A stretch of DNA of 61,978 nucleotides, the filler included. It is 11 parts of 11 records of this genome, joined end to end, with 100 filler letters (N's around TTAATTAATTAA, not from the genome) between each part and the next. Parts side by side here need not be neighbours in the genome. Positions count along the whole stretch, not along the records: positions 11,111 to 16,265 come from SRR31147125_190730; positions 16,366 to 21,393 come from SRR31147125_192558; positions 21,494 to 26,643 come from SRR31147125_193728; 8 more parts are not named here. One strand, given 5' to 3'. Below the pieces are notes generated by a model. The model was not told the origin of the DNA and ran no database searches. It saw only the letters and a program-made list of their open reading frames with translations. The position numbers and the translations under genes were made by a program. Positions 12,279 to 23,484 of the stretch are shown piece after piece; positions within the stretch are counted from its first letter, which is position 1; the number at the start of each line of letters is the position of its first letter.

Positions 12279-14907
12279 ATGGCACAGCCTCCCGAGGGTA
12301 TAGATGTCGACATGAAGGATAAAGAGAAGCACGTACGTGTCATGTCCCACAACACGTCATTGTTGTGTGTGTGTTTGTCGGGATAGGTGACCATTACACA
12401 CAGGAACAAGAAAACCAGGCAGATACGGTTGAAGAGGGAGACACGGCCAAGAAGGATGCGCCTAAGACACCCTCGGAGCTGGCACTTCTGCTCCTGGCTG
12501 GTACGTGTGAGGGGGGCGGGTCACGCATGTGTTTCCTCTCTACGAGGGACCATCATCCATACGTGTGCATGGGGCTGGGGTGTGGGAGCGTGTGTCGTGA
12601 GAGAGTGGCGGAACGTGTGAATGGAAGGGGTTCCCATTGTCGTGGTCCAGACGTTCGATCAAGTCTTCTTCTCCTGGAAAAGGGTGTTCTTGCGAAGGAG
12701 CAACGTCTCATCAGTCGCGCTGTAAGATACATGAACGGAATTCGACGGAGGATGTCGGTACGTCGTGTGTGTGCGGCACGAACGTCACCCCACTTCACCA
12801 CATATGGATGATGAACTCTTCTTTGCCTGAGTATTCCCATGCGGAAAGAAAAAAATGGCAGAAATCACTCTGACAATGCACTCCGCCTGCACACACAACA
12901 CACAACGCACACACAGTGTACAATTCTCACCTTCGACTCCATGATTAGATTCCAGTCATGCGACGGACCGTGGAACAACACTTCCCCGCACACTCTACAG
13001 AAGGAGCACATCTATTATCTGTTATTCCTGTGGAGGTGAGGTGGAGATGTTTTGTATCCCCTTCATGGAACGACTGAACGGGTCGTCCCAGGAGGGGACA
13101 ATGGACACGTCGACGTCTGGCATCCCAACGTCCTCCCCCGTTCAGCTTCCTGAGATGGAGGTAGTACGTACTCCTTTGGGTGATTCGCGTCGTACCCACC
13201 TCCGTACCGTCTAGAACTCCCCACAGTCCGATCCTATCCCTGAAGTGGAAATCTACATCAGTATCCTTGTCCTCATGCATCTCACAGACTTGAAACGCAA
13301 GAACGAGGTATGAAATTCGAGTGGAGATGTGGAGATGTGGAGATGTGGAGATGTGTACGGTGCTGATCGTTCTCCTCCCAGGCCGCTGCACTTGCAAAGC
13401 TTGTCGTACAGAGGGTAATGTCCATGAACCGACGTACACTCGATACCCTGGCTGCCAAGGTTGCCTTTCCTGTTTGAACGCATCGTGCTAATATTTCGCT
13501 CCCCAGGTCTTCTACTTCTATTCCCTTTGTCTTGAACGCATCGGGAAGCTCGCGTTAATTCGAGGGTGTGTGGATGGGTGTTGAGATGCATAGGCCCGTG
13601 ACAGCCCTATTTCTATTGTAATCCAGGGAGCTTCTCTCCGCACATCGCACCGCCTGTCTCCGTCACGATGATGTGGGGCAAGCTACCCTCCTCAACCTTC
13701 TTCTCCGCAACTATATTGAGTACAATTTGTGTGTCGTGTCGGGTGCCTGTCCTCCTTCCCCTTCTTACAGGATTTCGAAATAGATACGATCAGGCTGACA
13801 AACTTGTTTCCAAAACTACTTTTCCTCAACGTGCAACGAACAACCAAACAGCCCGCTACCTGTATTATTTGGGTGCGTGGAAGGGAAAGAAATGTACGCT
13901 CCTCACATTCAATTCAGGGAGGATCCGAAGTGTGCAACTGGATTACACGGAGGCCTATAATTGTCTCATGCAAGCCATACGCAAGGCTCCACAGCACTCA
14001 GCGAGCGGATTCAAGCAAGCCGTGAACAAACTTGCCGTCATTGTGCAACTGTTGATGGGAGAGATTCCTGAACGAACGCTGTTTGTTCAGCCTGAACTAC
14101 GCGGGGCCCTCCGGCCCTATCTGAAGCTCACCCAGGCTGTTCGTGTGGGTGATCTGGTGGCGTTCCGGGCGGTAACGGAAGAATATGCGGGAGCGTTCCG
14201 ACGGGATCGAACGCATACACTTATTGTTCGGTGCGATGGATGGATGGATGGACGGACGGATGGATGGATGTCAGGAACTAACCACGCTGCGTGTATCAGA
14301 CTTCGATTCAATGTCATCAAGACAGGTCTTCGAAAAATCAATGTTTCCTACTCTCGAATTTCGCTACAAGATATTGCAGCAAAGCTTCATCTCGATTCCA
14401 CGGACGATGCAGCGGGCATCGTGGCCAAGGTGAGCTCGTTCTCGTTCGTTCAATCTACTCACCCCCAAGAAGGCGATTCGTGACGGAGTCATTGATGCTA
14501 CCATTGTGCACGACGGTGGTTTCGTTCAATCCAAGGTGGGTGAAGGATCCTTTGCCCCTCCCCTTTCTTTCTCATCGGGTCTTGTTGGATGGAAAGGAAA
14601 CGATCGACATCTACTCAACAGAAGAACCACAACATGCTCTTCACAAACGAATCACATTCTGTCTAGATGTCCATAATGAAGCCGTGAAGGTACACGAGTA
14701 TGGGTTCGGCTTGATCGCTCTGATATCGGTGCCCAGGCCATGCGATTCCCTCCCGACGCACACAAGAAGGAACTTGGGGGGGTCACAACGCACCGTAAAC
14801 AAGAAGTGCGTCGATATGTTTGGTCAAGACACGTGTATTTACCGTGTGATGTGATCTAGGAGGTAGCCCAAGACCTGCTTGAGGAAGAAGAAGAAGAAGA
14901 CTTCTAG
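12279..14907 (+). CDS. PSMD3: 26S proteasome lid subunit Rpn3/PSMD3, complete, ~15 GT-AG introns
   Basis: Spliced exons give [89 protein letters not shown] and an acidic tail ending in TAG at 14907. Confidence 0.93.
13321..13355 (+). repeat. (GTGGAGAT)x4 tandem repeat inside an Rpn3 intron
   Basis: Directly visible. Confidence 0.9.
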
Positions 14908-15007
14908 GGGCCGGGGTGAAGTGAATGTGTGTTTTCTCCCTTCCTCGTGAGCCAGGGCCACATACACACGCCCATACGCACACACGTACACACATACCTA
15001 GCTAATC

Positions 15008-16265
15008 ATGGCAATGGATGTGCTACGCACCTGTTTGCAAGACTTGGAGACGTTTGCGCGTAATCTCTCGTCCATTCTATCGGGTGTACGTGCACACATC
15101 CCACACTCCGCCTGATAGCATTAGACTCACGCCAAGAATGTAGGCGGACCTTGTCAAGAGTCTCTCGGAGCTTTGTCTCAGCACCGAGACGGACGAGGAA
15201 AAGGTAGGACACCACCAACAAGGTGCAGCCGTGTAAGGTCATCCCTGTTGTGGTGCAACAGCTCTGTGTGCCTCTATGCTCTTCGAGGAGAAGCGAGGAG
15301 TTCTGGACCTGGTTGAGACCATGCAACCCGCTCAGGTATGGGGGTGGGGTAAGATTCCCCTTCTCTCCCGTCTCCGACCGGTGGGCGGACAGGATCGAGC
15401 CTACAATGCAACGAAGAAGGGTCTTCTCGATTTTTTGGCGTCGTGCGTCGTAGGGTGGACGGATGATGGGCGGGCGGATTTCCTAAACAGTCTGCCAGAT
15501 ATGTCACACACACGGCGGGGAGTCGAATGAGCGAAAACGCTCCAGATATCTGGGTGAGCGTTCCACGCACGGCTGTGCCTGCCTCCCTCCAGAGTGTTGA
15601 ACCACGCTGGACACCAGAACCGATGTTTCCAAATCTATCGCCGAGATCAGTCCAATACGGTCAAAGATGCAGCGTTCGAGCCAATTCTAAGTCTTCTCCA
15701 CCTTCATCTCCCCTCCCTCAGCACAACGGCCATTGAAATTGACACGATGATTCGAGTGTATCCGCTGTGCCCTCTCCGGCATTCGCGAACCACATCGATC
15801 CTTGATTCAACACACCAGATTTCTTACTGATTTCAAGGTTACCAAAACCCTTTCCGCAACAGTGAAGGGGAAGATCCTTAAGACTCTTGGACTACTCGTA
15901 GAGCAGTACGAGACATGTCTTTTTCTGAATTCTTCTCAGATGGATAATCCTTGTGTGGCAGCTATCCAGATTCCTTTCGGGGACTCAGTGGAAGGAATCC
16001 CAACGCCCGTGAACTGTGCGGCCTGCTCTGTATGTAGGGTTGCATCACCTTGGTTAATCCACATGGGGATAGGCATGATGCATGCATGGCAACCCTCGAG
16101 AAACAATACAAGAGTCAGAAGAGAGAGAATCCACTAATTGAAGGTGCAATCTCAGGCCTTGCTTCCTGTCTTCTTGTGTTCAACTATGTGACGGACGGTG
16201 CGTTGGGGCAATCACGTTTTGCTCTTGTGACGAGGGTGTTATTGTTATTGTTGTTGTTGTTGTTG
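15008..16265 (+). CDS. PRKDC: Probable DNA-PKcs (PRKDC) N-terminal HEAT region, intron-containing, 3' truncated
   Basis: Exons IYRRDQSNTVKDAAFEPILSLL, VKGKILKTLGLLVEHYP and LEKQYKSQKRENPLIEGAISGLASCLLVF resemble the N-terminus of metazoan DNA-PKcs as I recall it. One probable homopolymer error near 15200. Confidence 0.6.
15758..15818 (+). other. Putative U12-type GT-AG intron, 61 nt
   Basis: GT|GTATCCGCTG...ATCCTTGATTCAACACACCAG|A. This donor keeps the frame, whereas the GT two bases upstream leads to a stop. No polypyrimidine tract. Confidence 0.6.
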
Positions 16266-16365
16266 NNNNNNNNNNNNNNNNNNNNNNNNNNNNNNNNNNN
16301 NNNNNNNNNTTAATTAATTAANNNNNNNNNNNNNNNNNNNNNNNNNNNNNNNNNNNNNNNNNNNN

Positions 16366-19300
16366 AAACAGGGTGCTGAAAAATACCGGCACCACAAACA
16401 GGGTGAGCAGCGAGGCAAAGCTTAAGCCCCCCATAATGGTTGCGGCCATGGGGCTGAAAAAGGCATCCGTCAGCAGGGGAATCATGCCGAGCACGGTGGT
16501 GAAGGTCGCCATGGTCACCGGGCGGATACGGCTGGCAGAAGATTCGAGAACCGCCGCAAACGGTTCTTTCCCGCTTGCAAGTTCCACCTTGATCTGATCC
16601 AGCAGGACAATCTCATTTTTGATCAACATGCCAAACAGGCTTAAAAAACCGAGCATGGCCATGAATCCGAATGCTTTGTCGGCGATGAGCATGCCCGGAG
16701 CAACGCCCACAACAACCAGGGGCAGGCCCATGAAAATAATAAGGGGATAGCGCAGACTGTTAAAGAGCAGAACCGTGACCAGAAACATCCCGGCAAAGGC
16801 AATGGGGAAGTTGGACATCAATTTGCTGTTGGCTTCAACCTGCTCTTCGTGTTCGCCGCCCCATTCCAGGGTGTAGCCCGGAGGCAGTTTTATTTTTTTA
16901 TTGATGACCTGGGACAATTCCCGGAAGAGTGCATCAGTGGTGCCTTCCCGTTGTTTACAGAAAACCCGCAGGGTTCGTTTCTGGTTGAGACGGTGGATGA
17001 TGCTATCCTCTGCCCCGGTGCTTGTCCCGTTGGTGACCTGCTGCACCGGCACCCATTTTTGTTTCACCTGACTGAAGACCTGCACCTCATCAAGGGCGTC
17101 TATGGTGTCACGCTGCGCTTTGGGCGGCTGCAGGATAATGGGGAGCAGATCATCCCTGTGCCTGTATTGGCCGACAACGGCGCCGGTAAAATTCATGGCA
17201 ATGGAGGAGGCGATTTCCGGACGGGAAATCCCCAGGCCCTGTGCCCTGAGATCTGCAAAATCAATTTCACTGACCTTGATCTGGTTGCCCCAGTCGGTGC
17301 GGATGCTCCGGCTGTTGGGATGTGCTTCCATCAAATTCATGACCTGGCCTGCAAGGCTGCGCAAGGTTTGGGTTTCAGGCCCGCTCAGGCGGGCAACCAC
17401 AGCGCCTCCGCCAGGACCGAGTTTAAAGGCATCAACACTGCCGATGACCGTTGGCACCTCCTGCTCCAGCCAATGCTGAATCTTTTTCTTCAGTTTTGGA
17501 ACCCGGGTAAAATCGTCCACATCGACCAGCAGCTGCGCATAGGCACTGTCCGGCATCTCCGGGGAAAAGGTAAGCAGAAAGCGCAGGGACCCCCTGCCGA
17601 TAAAGCTGGAAATATTTACCACCCCTTCAAGGGCTGCAATGTGTTGTTCGATCTGTTCAAGCTGGTTTGCGGTGCTGTCGATGTGTGAGCCCTGGGGCAT
17701 CCAGATATCAATGGTGAACTGCGGCCGGTCCGTATCAGGCATAAAATCCTGCTTGACATGACTGAACCCCCACATGGCGACCACCAAAAGGACCATCACC
17801 CCTGCCAGGGTCAGCCACCGGTGATCAATGGCATTGCCGATAATGCCTTTGTAATACCTGAAAAACCTTGTGAACGGCTCTCTTTTTCCCTTGTTTTGGG
17901 AACAGGCAGGATCATGGCACAAAAACAGGGCACTGTGGTGATGGCAAAGAGCCAGCTCAGCCCCAAAGAAAGGCATATCACCTGGAACAGACTGGCCAGC
18001 CACTCCCCGGTCATATCCTGGGACAGGGAAATGGCGGCAAAGGCCAGAATGGCTATAATGGTCCCTCCCAGAAGCGGCCACATGGTTTCCCTGACCGCCT
18101 GATCTGCGGCTTCTTCCCGGCCGATTCCCTGGCGCAGTTTAATGATGATGCCCTCTGTAATAACAATGGCATTGTCCACCAGCATGCCAAGGGCGATTAT
18201 CAACGCCCCCAAAGAGATTCTCTGCAGGGTTATGCCCCAGGATTTCATGATCATCAGGGTTGCCAGGATGGTGAGGATCAGTACAATGCCGATGATCAGT
18301 CCTTCACGCCACCCCATGAAAACAACCAGCAGCAGAATAACAATGGCAACCGCAGAGATCAGGTTGGTGACAAATCCGGAAACAGCCTTTTCCACGATTT
18401 TGGATTGGCTGGTGATGGTATGGATACTTATCCCAAAGGGCGTGTTCGCCTGGAGTTCATTCAGGCGCTGGTCAATGGAATCCCCCATGGCGATGACATT
18501 GCCGCCGGAAATGGTTGAAATGCCCAGGGCTACGGCTTCTTTCCCGTTGTAGCGCATCAGTTCCGAAGCCGGTGTGACAATGTCATGTCTGATCCGGGCG
18601 ACTTCCTTGAGCCGGATCATGCGTCCTTCGGCCCCGCTGATGAGCTGGTTGGAAATATCCTCAATGGATGCGTAATCCCCGGAGATGCGAAGGGGGATGT
18701 ATTCCGACCCCACCTGCACGGCCCCTGCCGAAGTCACCCTGTTTTGCGCCCGGAGGGTGTCGAATATCCTTTCAGGAGATAGGCCAAGCCGGGCCAGTTT
18801 GGTCCTGTCGATTTCAATAAAAATTGCTTCCCGGGGCAATCCCCAGAAATCTATTCGGCCGACATCGGTACAGGTGAGCAGTTCCCGGCGTAAATCCTCG
18901 GCATATGCCTTGAGCTGTTTTTTATCGTATCCGTCGCCGGTGATGGCAAAAAGCACGCCGTAAACATCACCAAAGTCATCATTGACCACCGGGGGCTGAC
19001 AGCCCGGGGGCAGCTGGCCGCTGACTGCCCCCACCTTGCGGCGCAACTCGTCCCAGACCTGGGGGAGATTGTGTTTGTCGTAAATTTCCTGGGTCTCCGC
19101 AAAAATAATGGAGATGCCCCCACGGGAGATGGAACGGACCTCCTTTAACTGTTTCAACTGCTGGATGGCCGTTTCAATGGGCTCGGTCACCTCCAGCTCC
19201 ACCTGTTTTGCCGATGCCCCCGGGTATTGGGTATAGATCACCGCTTCCTTGATGGTAAATTCCGGGTCTTCCAGGCGTCCGATATGCAGAAAGCTGAATA

Positions 19301-19379
19301 TGCCGCCAAGGGCAATAAGGGTGCTGAAAACCAGGGTGACGACTTTGTAGCGGACAGCATATAAACCGAGGTTTTTCAT
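16366..19379 (-). CDS. RND efflux transporter (AcrB/AcrD/AcrF family), split by a probable sequencing frameshift near 17885, 3' truncated
   Basis: ORFs 17811..19379 and 16318..18081; GMLVDNAIVI and RIRPVTMAT motifs. Confidence 0.9.
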
Positions 19380-20497
19380 CCTTCCAGCCCTTCCTTGCCT
19401 GCTTTCATCGGGCGAACCCGCTGTTTCTCATCAAGGCTGCGCAACCCGGCTGTTGCCACCAGTTCATGGGCGTGTATGCCTTGGGTGACCTGGATGCTGT
19501 CGCCATGCATCGGGCCTATCCGGACCGGCCGCTTTCGGGCGTTTTGCATTTTGGGATCGATAATCCAGACATAGGGATGGGCATTGGGATCAAACACCAC
19601 GGACTCAACCGGAACCAGCACGGAATCTTTTTCAGCCAAACCAAGGCCTGACGGTTTAATGACCCCGCTGACCGTAGCCGTCATCCCTGGGAGGATATGC
19701 ATATCTGCCGGAGAGGGCAGTTTGATGACCAAGGCATAGGTGCGGGTGTCCCGACTTGATTCCAGACTCAGCTCCATTGCCTCTGCCGGGAATATGAGCT
19801 TGGGATTGGCGTCAAAACGGACATTTAGCTGATCCAGTATATCTATCCCGCCCCGGGCCACCAATTGTTCAGGCAATTGCACTTCAACTTCTATTCCGGA
19901 AACGTCCTGGAGCAAAAGGACGGACTCCCCCTTGTTCACATGTTCTTTCTTCTCCACATAGCGCTTGGCCACCAGGCCGTCAAAGGGGGCGACCAGCCGG
20001 ATATCGGCCAGGTTTTTTTCCTTTATATCCAGTTCCGCACGGGCGACATCATGGGCGGACTGTGCAGCATCAAACTGGGCTTTGCTCACCACCTTTTCCT
20101 TATAGAGTTGTGAAACACGCCAGAAATCCTGCTTTGACGCCTGATAGCTTGCTTTGGCCGATCTGACCGCATAAAGATAGTTCTTGGAATCAAGGGAGGC
20201 AAGCAGGTCCCCCTTTTGCACTTGTTGTCCCTCAAGAATACTCATCTGTTCAATCTGCCCCCCTATTTGAAAGGAAAGCTCAGCCCGGCGGGCAGCTTTA
20301 ACCTTGCCTGGAAACCGGAAGGCGTGTTCCGGCTGGTATGGTTTTGCATGGGCTGTGGGTATAGGCTGGACAAGGTTTTTCCCTGCCTGATCCTGGGCCG
20401 AAACCATGGTGGATACCAGCCGGTTTTCGGTACTCAGGAAAAACAGTACAGGAACCAGGAGGATTATGACTCCCAGACCTAGGATTGCTTTTTTCAT
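19376..20497 (-). CDS. RND periplasmic adaptor (membrane fusion protein)
   Basis: N-terminal membrane anchor, GQQVQKGDLLA and LVAPFDG motifs; overlaps the RND start. Confidence 0.92.
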   Translation of the reverse strand: MKKAILGLGVIILLVPVLFFLSTENRLVSTMVSAQDQAGKNLVQPIPTAHAKPYQPEHAFRFPGKVKAARRAELSFQIGGQIEQMSILEGQQVQKGDLLASLDSKNYLYAVRSAKASYQASKQDFWRVSQLYKEKVVSKAQFDAAQSAHDVARAELDIKEKNLADIRLVAPFDGLVAKRYVEKKEHVNKGESVLLLQDVSGIEVEVQLPEQLVARGGIDILDQLNVRFDANPKLIFPAEAMELSLESSRDTRTYALVIKLPSPADMHILPGMTATVSGVIKPSGLGLAEKDSVLVPVESVVFDPNAHPYVWIIDPKMQNARKRPVRIGPMHGDSIQVTQGIHAHELVATAGLRSLDEKQRVRPMKAGKEGLEG

Positions 20498-20540
20498 GAT
20501 TATCTCCTGTTGCTATCATTGTTCACAAATCGACTAAAAA

Positions 20541-20555
20541 GTTAAGTTTCTTAAC
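20541..20555. promoter_or_regulatory. Palindromic putative MarR operator GTTAAG-N3-CTTAAC upstream of the MFP gene
   Basis: Perfect inverted repeat; near-identical copy at 21053-21067. Confidence 0.6.
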
Positions 20556-20580
20556 CTTTATGGTAAAAAAATATATAAGA

Positions 20581-21042
20581 TTATTTGGTATTCAACCGTT
20601 CATCCATGATCGTATTAAAATTGTTCAATACGTCGTTTAAGCGCATCAGAACGTCAACTTCCACATTGTCCAGGGTTTCCAGAACACGCTTACGATCCTG
20701 ACCATGCATCATGGCGTGTGCTTCAAAAGCCTGCCAACCCAAAGGTGTCAGGGAAAGCAATAATTCCTTATTGCTGTGGCTGGCCTGCTTTTTTATTATA
20801 AACCCCTGCTTGGTCAATTTTGAAACCAATTGTGACGCCGCGCTTTTGGTAAACCCGAAATAGTTGGCGATTTCCGTCACATTGCCGCATTGCTTTTCTC
20901 CAATGCTTTCGAGGGCGTGGGCTTCCCGGGTTGAAATGATTATTTCATCGGTAACCCGAATGGAAAACGTTTCCACCTCGGCAAACTTTCGAGTTACCTG
21001 CATGAGATTATTAACAAGCCGTTTTTTCAGTTCCTGATTCAT
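20581..21042 (-). CDS. MarR-family transcriptional regulator
   Basis: wHTH VTEIANYFGFTKSAASQLVSKL and NKELLLSLTPLG. Confidence 0.9.
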   Translation of the reverse strand: MNQELKKRLVNNLMQVTRKFAEVETFSIRVTDEIIISTREAHALESIGEKQCGNVTEIANYFGFTKSAASQLVSKLTKQGFIIKKQASHSNKELLLSLTPLGWQAFEAHAMMHGQDRKRVLETLDNVEVDVLMRLNDVLNNFNTIMDERLNTK

Positions 21043-21052
21043 AAAACGGAAA

Positions 21053-21067
21053 GTAAAGCAGCTTAAC
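21053..21067. promoter_or_regulatory. Second operator copy GTAAAG-N3-CTTAAC just upstream of marR
   Basis: One mismatch in the arms relative to the 20541 palindrome; same flanking AAA/CTTT. Confidence 0.55.
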
Positions 21068-21493
21068 CTTTTTTGCAATATTTTTTTGCATTGTAACAAC
21101 TTTTTTTACGCTCAAATGCGAATGGATAGGTTTTATCTTCTTCGTTACCCATTCGGCCACCTTGGATTTGTCATCCATGCGCCGTGATACACTGCCCGTC
21201 AGAATGCTTTTAGGCAAAGGATTCTTTGCAACGCCAGCCGTCTCATCTTACCCCAGCGCAAATAACCTGCCTTCTTAAAAAAATTCAATGGATATGGCAA
21301 ATCAGGCTTTCTTCGTGAGCTTCGCGGTGCCTAGAAATTGATGAAAAGTGCACGAAATTTTTGGGCTTACATGCGTTAGCCCTGTAATGCCCCNNNNNNN
21401 NNNNNNNNNNNNNNNNNNNNNNNNNNNNNNNNNNNNNTTAATTAATTAANNNNNNNNNNNNNNNNNNNNNNNNNNNNNNNNNNNNNNNNNNNN

Positions 21494-23404
21494 TTTTCTC
21501 GAACCCTGTGAACGTCCATTGACAAATATTTCCATCTCGTCACAGTTTGTGTAGCCCCACACCTCTATTTTTTCGTTTTTCTTCTTGTCCCAATTCCAAT
21601 GCGGGAACATATGAACCATGGGCTCCTCTGTGAACTGGCTTTTAAAATAATAATAGACATCTTTTGGGAAAAAGCATAGATCCAAGACGCCATCACCGCG
21701 AGAAATGAGCGGCCAGGTATTTCCTTCACCCCAGGCATCCACACCACTCCACATACAACCACCAGCAAGATACTCTCTTGCCTTGATTCGTCTCCAGGCA
21801 TTCTCGACTCTTGTGGACATCTCGTACATCGTCTGCACATCCTCAAAATAAAGGCTGTGTAGCCCTTCTTTATTTACATCAAAATACTCCATACCATAAA
21901 CGCCTCTTCTGGCTCTGGCAGCAGCATATTCACTGATTAAACCGATTTTCCAATGCGGAAAATCAATATGATCTGCATCGCCCCGTTCCCAATGATAGTT
22001 ATAACTAACAACATCGGCGGCCTCTCCATAACCTTTTTTGTTAACAGGCATTGAAGCAGCAAAGGTGGTAAAGCGGGTAGGATCCAGTTCGTGGGCCAGA
22101 TCTGTGGCCTCTTTGATTATATTCGCTCCAAAAGGAGTGCTTTCCAAAGGAGATTCATTTTCCAGGGACCAAACAATAATACTTGGATGATTACGGTCAC
22201 GAGTTATTGTCTCCCTCACGAGCGGCATTTCGATTTCCGCGCTCTCCAGCTTGCGTTCAATTTCATCCCAGACCATAATACCCATTTCATCACACACATC
22301 CAGGCGCTCTACAGTCGCCGGATTATGGCTGGAACGGTAAAAATTAAATCCAGCATTTTTCATACGTATCATAAGCTCACGATGGATACGATCAGGAATC
22401 GCAGTACCGATGCCGGCATAATCATAATGGGCATTAAAACCTTTTAATTTAACATGTTCCCCATTGAGAAAAAATCCCTTGTCCGAATCAAAATGAAAAA
22501 ATCGGATACCAAAACGGGTTTCGAAAGTATCGATTACTTTATCCCCGTCTTTTACAATACTATGGGCCTTGTAAAGATAGGGATCATCAAGTCCCCACAA
22601 ATGTGGTTTACTTAATTTTGTATTTTGAACAAATTCAAATTCACTGTCAGCCGGCATAACACGTTCATTGACCATTTCCGCAACGACTATACCATCCGCA
22701 TTGGTAATTTTTGTAATGAGCTGACAATTTTTACTGACCGCATGCTCATTTTTAATTTTGGTCTTTACTTCAATCGTAGCGCTGGATTTTGTAACCTCCG
22801 GTGTATGCACAAAAGTACCCCAAATTGGAATGTACATTTTATTTGTCGCAATGATCCACACATGCCGGTAAATACCATTGCCTTCGTACATATCTTCCTC
22901 ATGTCTTCTGGCGTCAACCCGCACTCTCAATCCATTCGGAACGCGATTTCCTGTGCGGACGTAATCTGTCAGGTCATAGAAAAAACTCGTATAACCGGAT
23001 TGATGGTGTCCAAGATAGGCATAGTTCATCCATACATCGCTTTCTCTGTAAACGCCATCAAAAAGGACAAATATTTTTTTATCTTCATAGGAATCGGGAA
23101 ATCGTAAACCATTTCGATACCAGCCTATTTCCATAGGTAGAAAACCCTGGGTTGTATTGTGCTCTTTACTATATGGCCCCTCAATACTCCATTCATGTGG
23201 CAAGGTCACATTCTGCCAGGGCCGTTTATTGACCTGATGTGTCTCTTCTTCTCCATTAACGTCCCCTCTATAAAAACGCCACCCTTTATCCAGGTTTGTC
23301 CTGACCCTATCACTTGCCGGTGGAGAGTATTTTTCTCCTTTTGCTAATGTAAAAGTCGCAATACTCAATATAAAACATAAGACGAACAAACTTTTTTTCT
23401 TCAC
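21494..23404 (-). CDS. Secreted glycoside hydrolase family 2 (beta-galactosidase-like), 3' truncated
   Basis: Signal peptide, GWYR, FDGVY, GFFLNG and RDRNHPSIIVWSLENE (acid/base Glu). Confidence 0.9.
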
Positions 23405-23484
23405 ATTTCCCTCCTCGTTAACATGCTTGTAATGAATTTGATATTTTATAAAAAGATTAATTCGTTTCAATATCCACTAGACCA

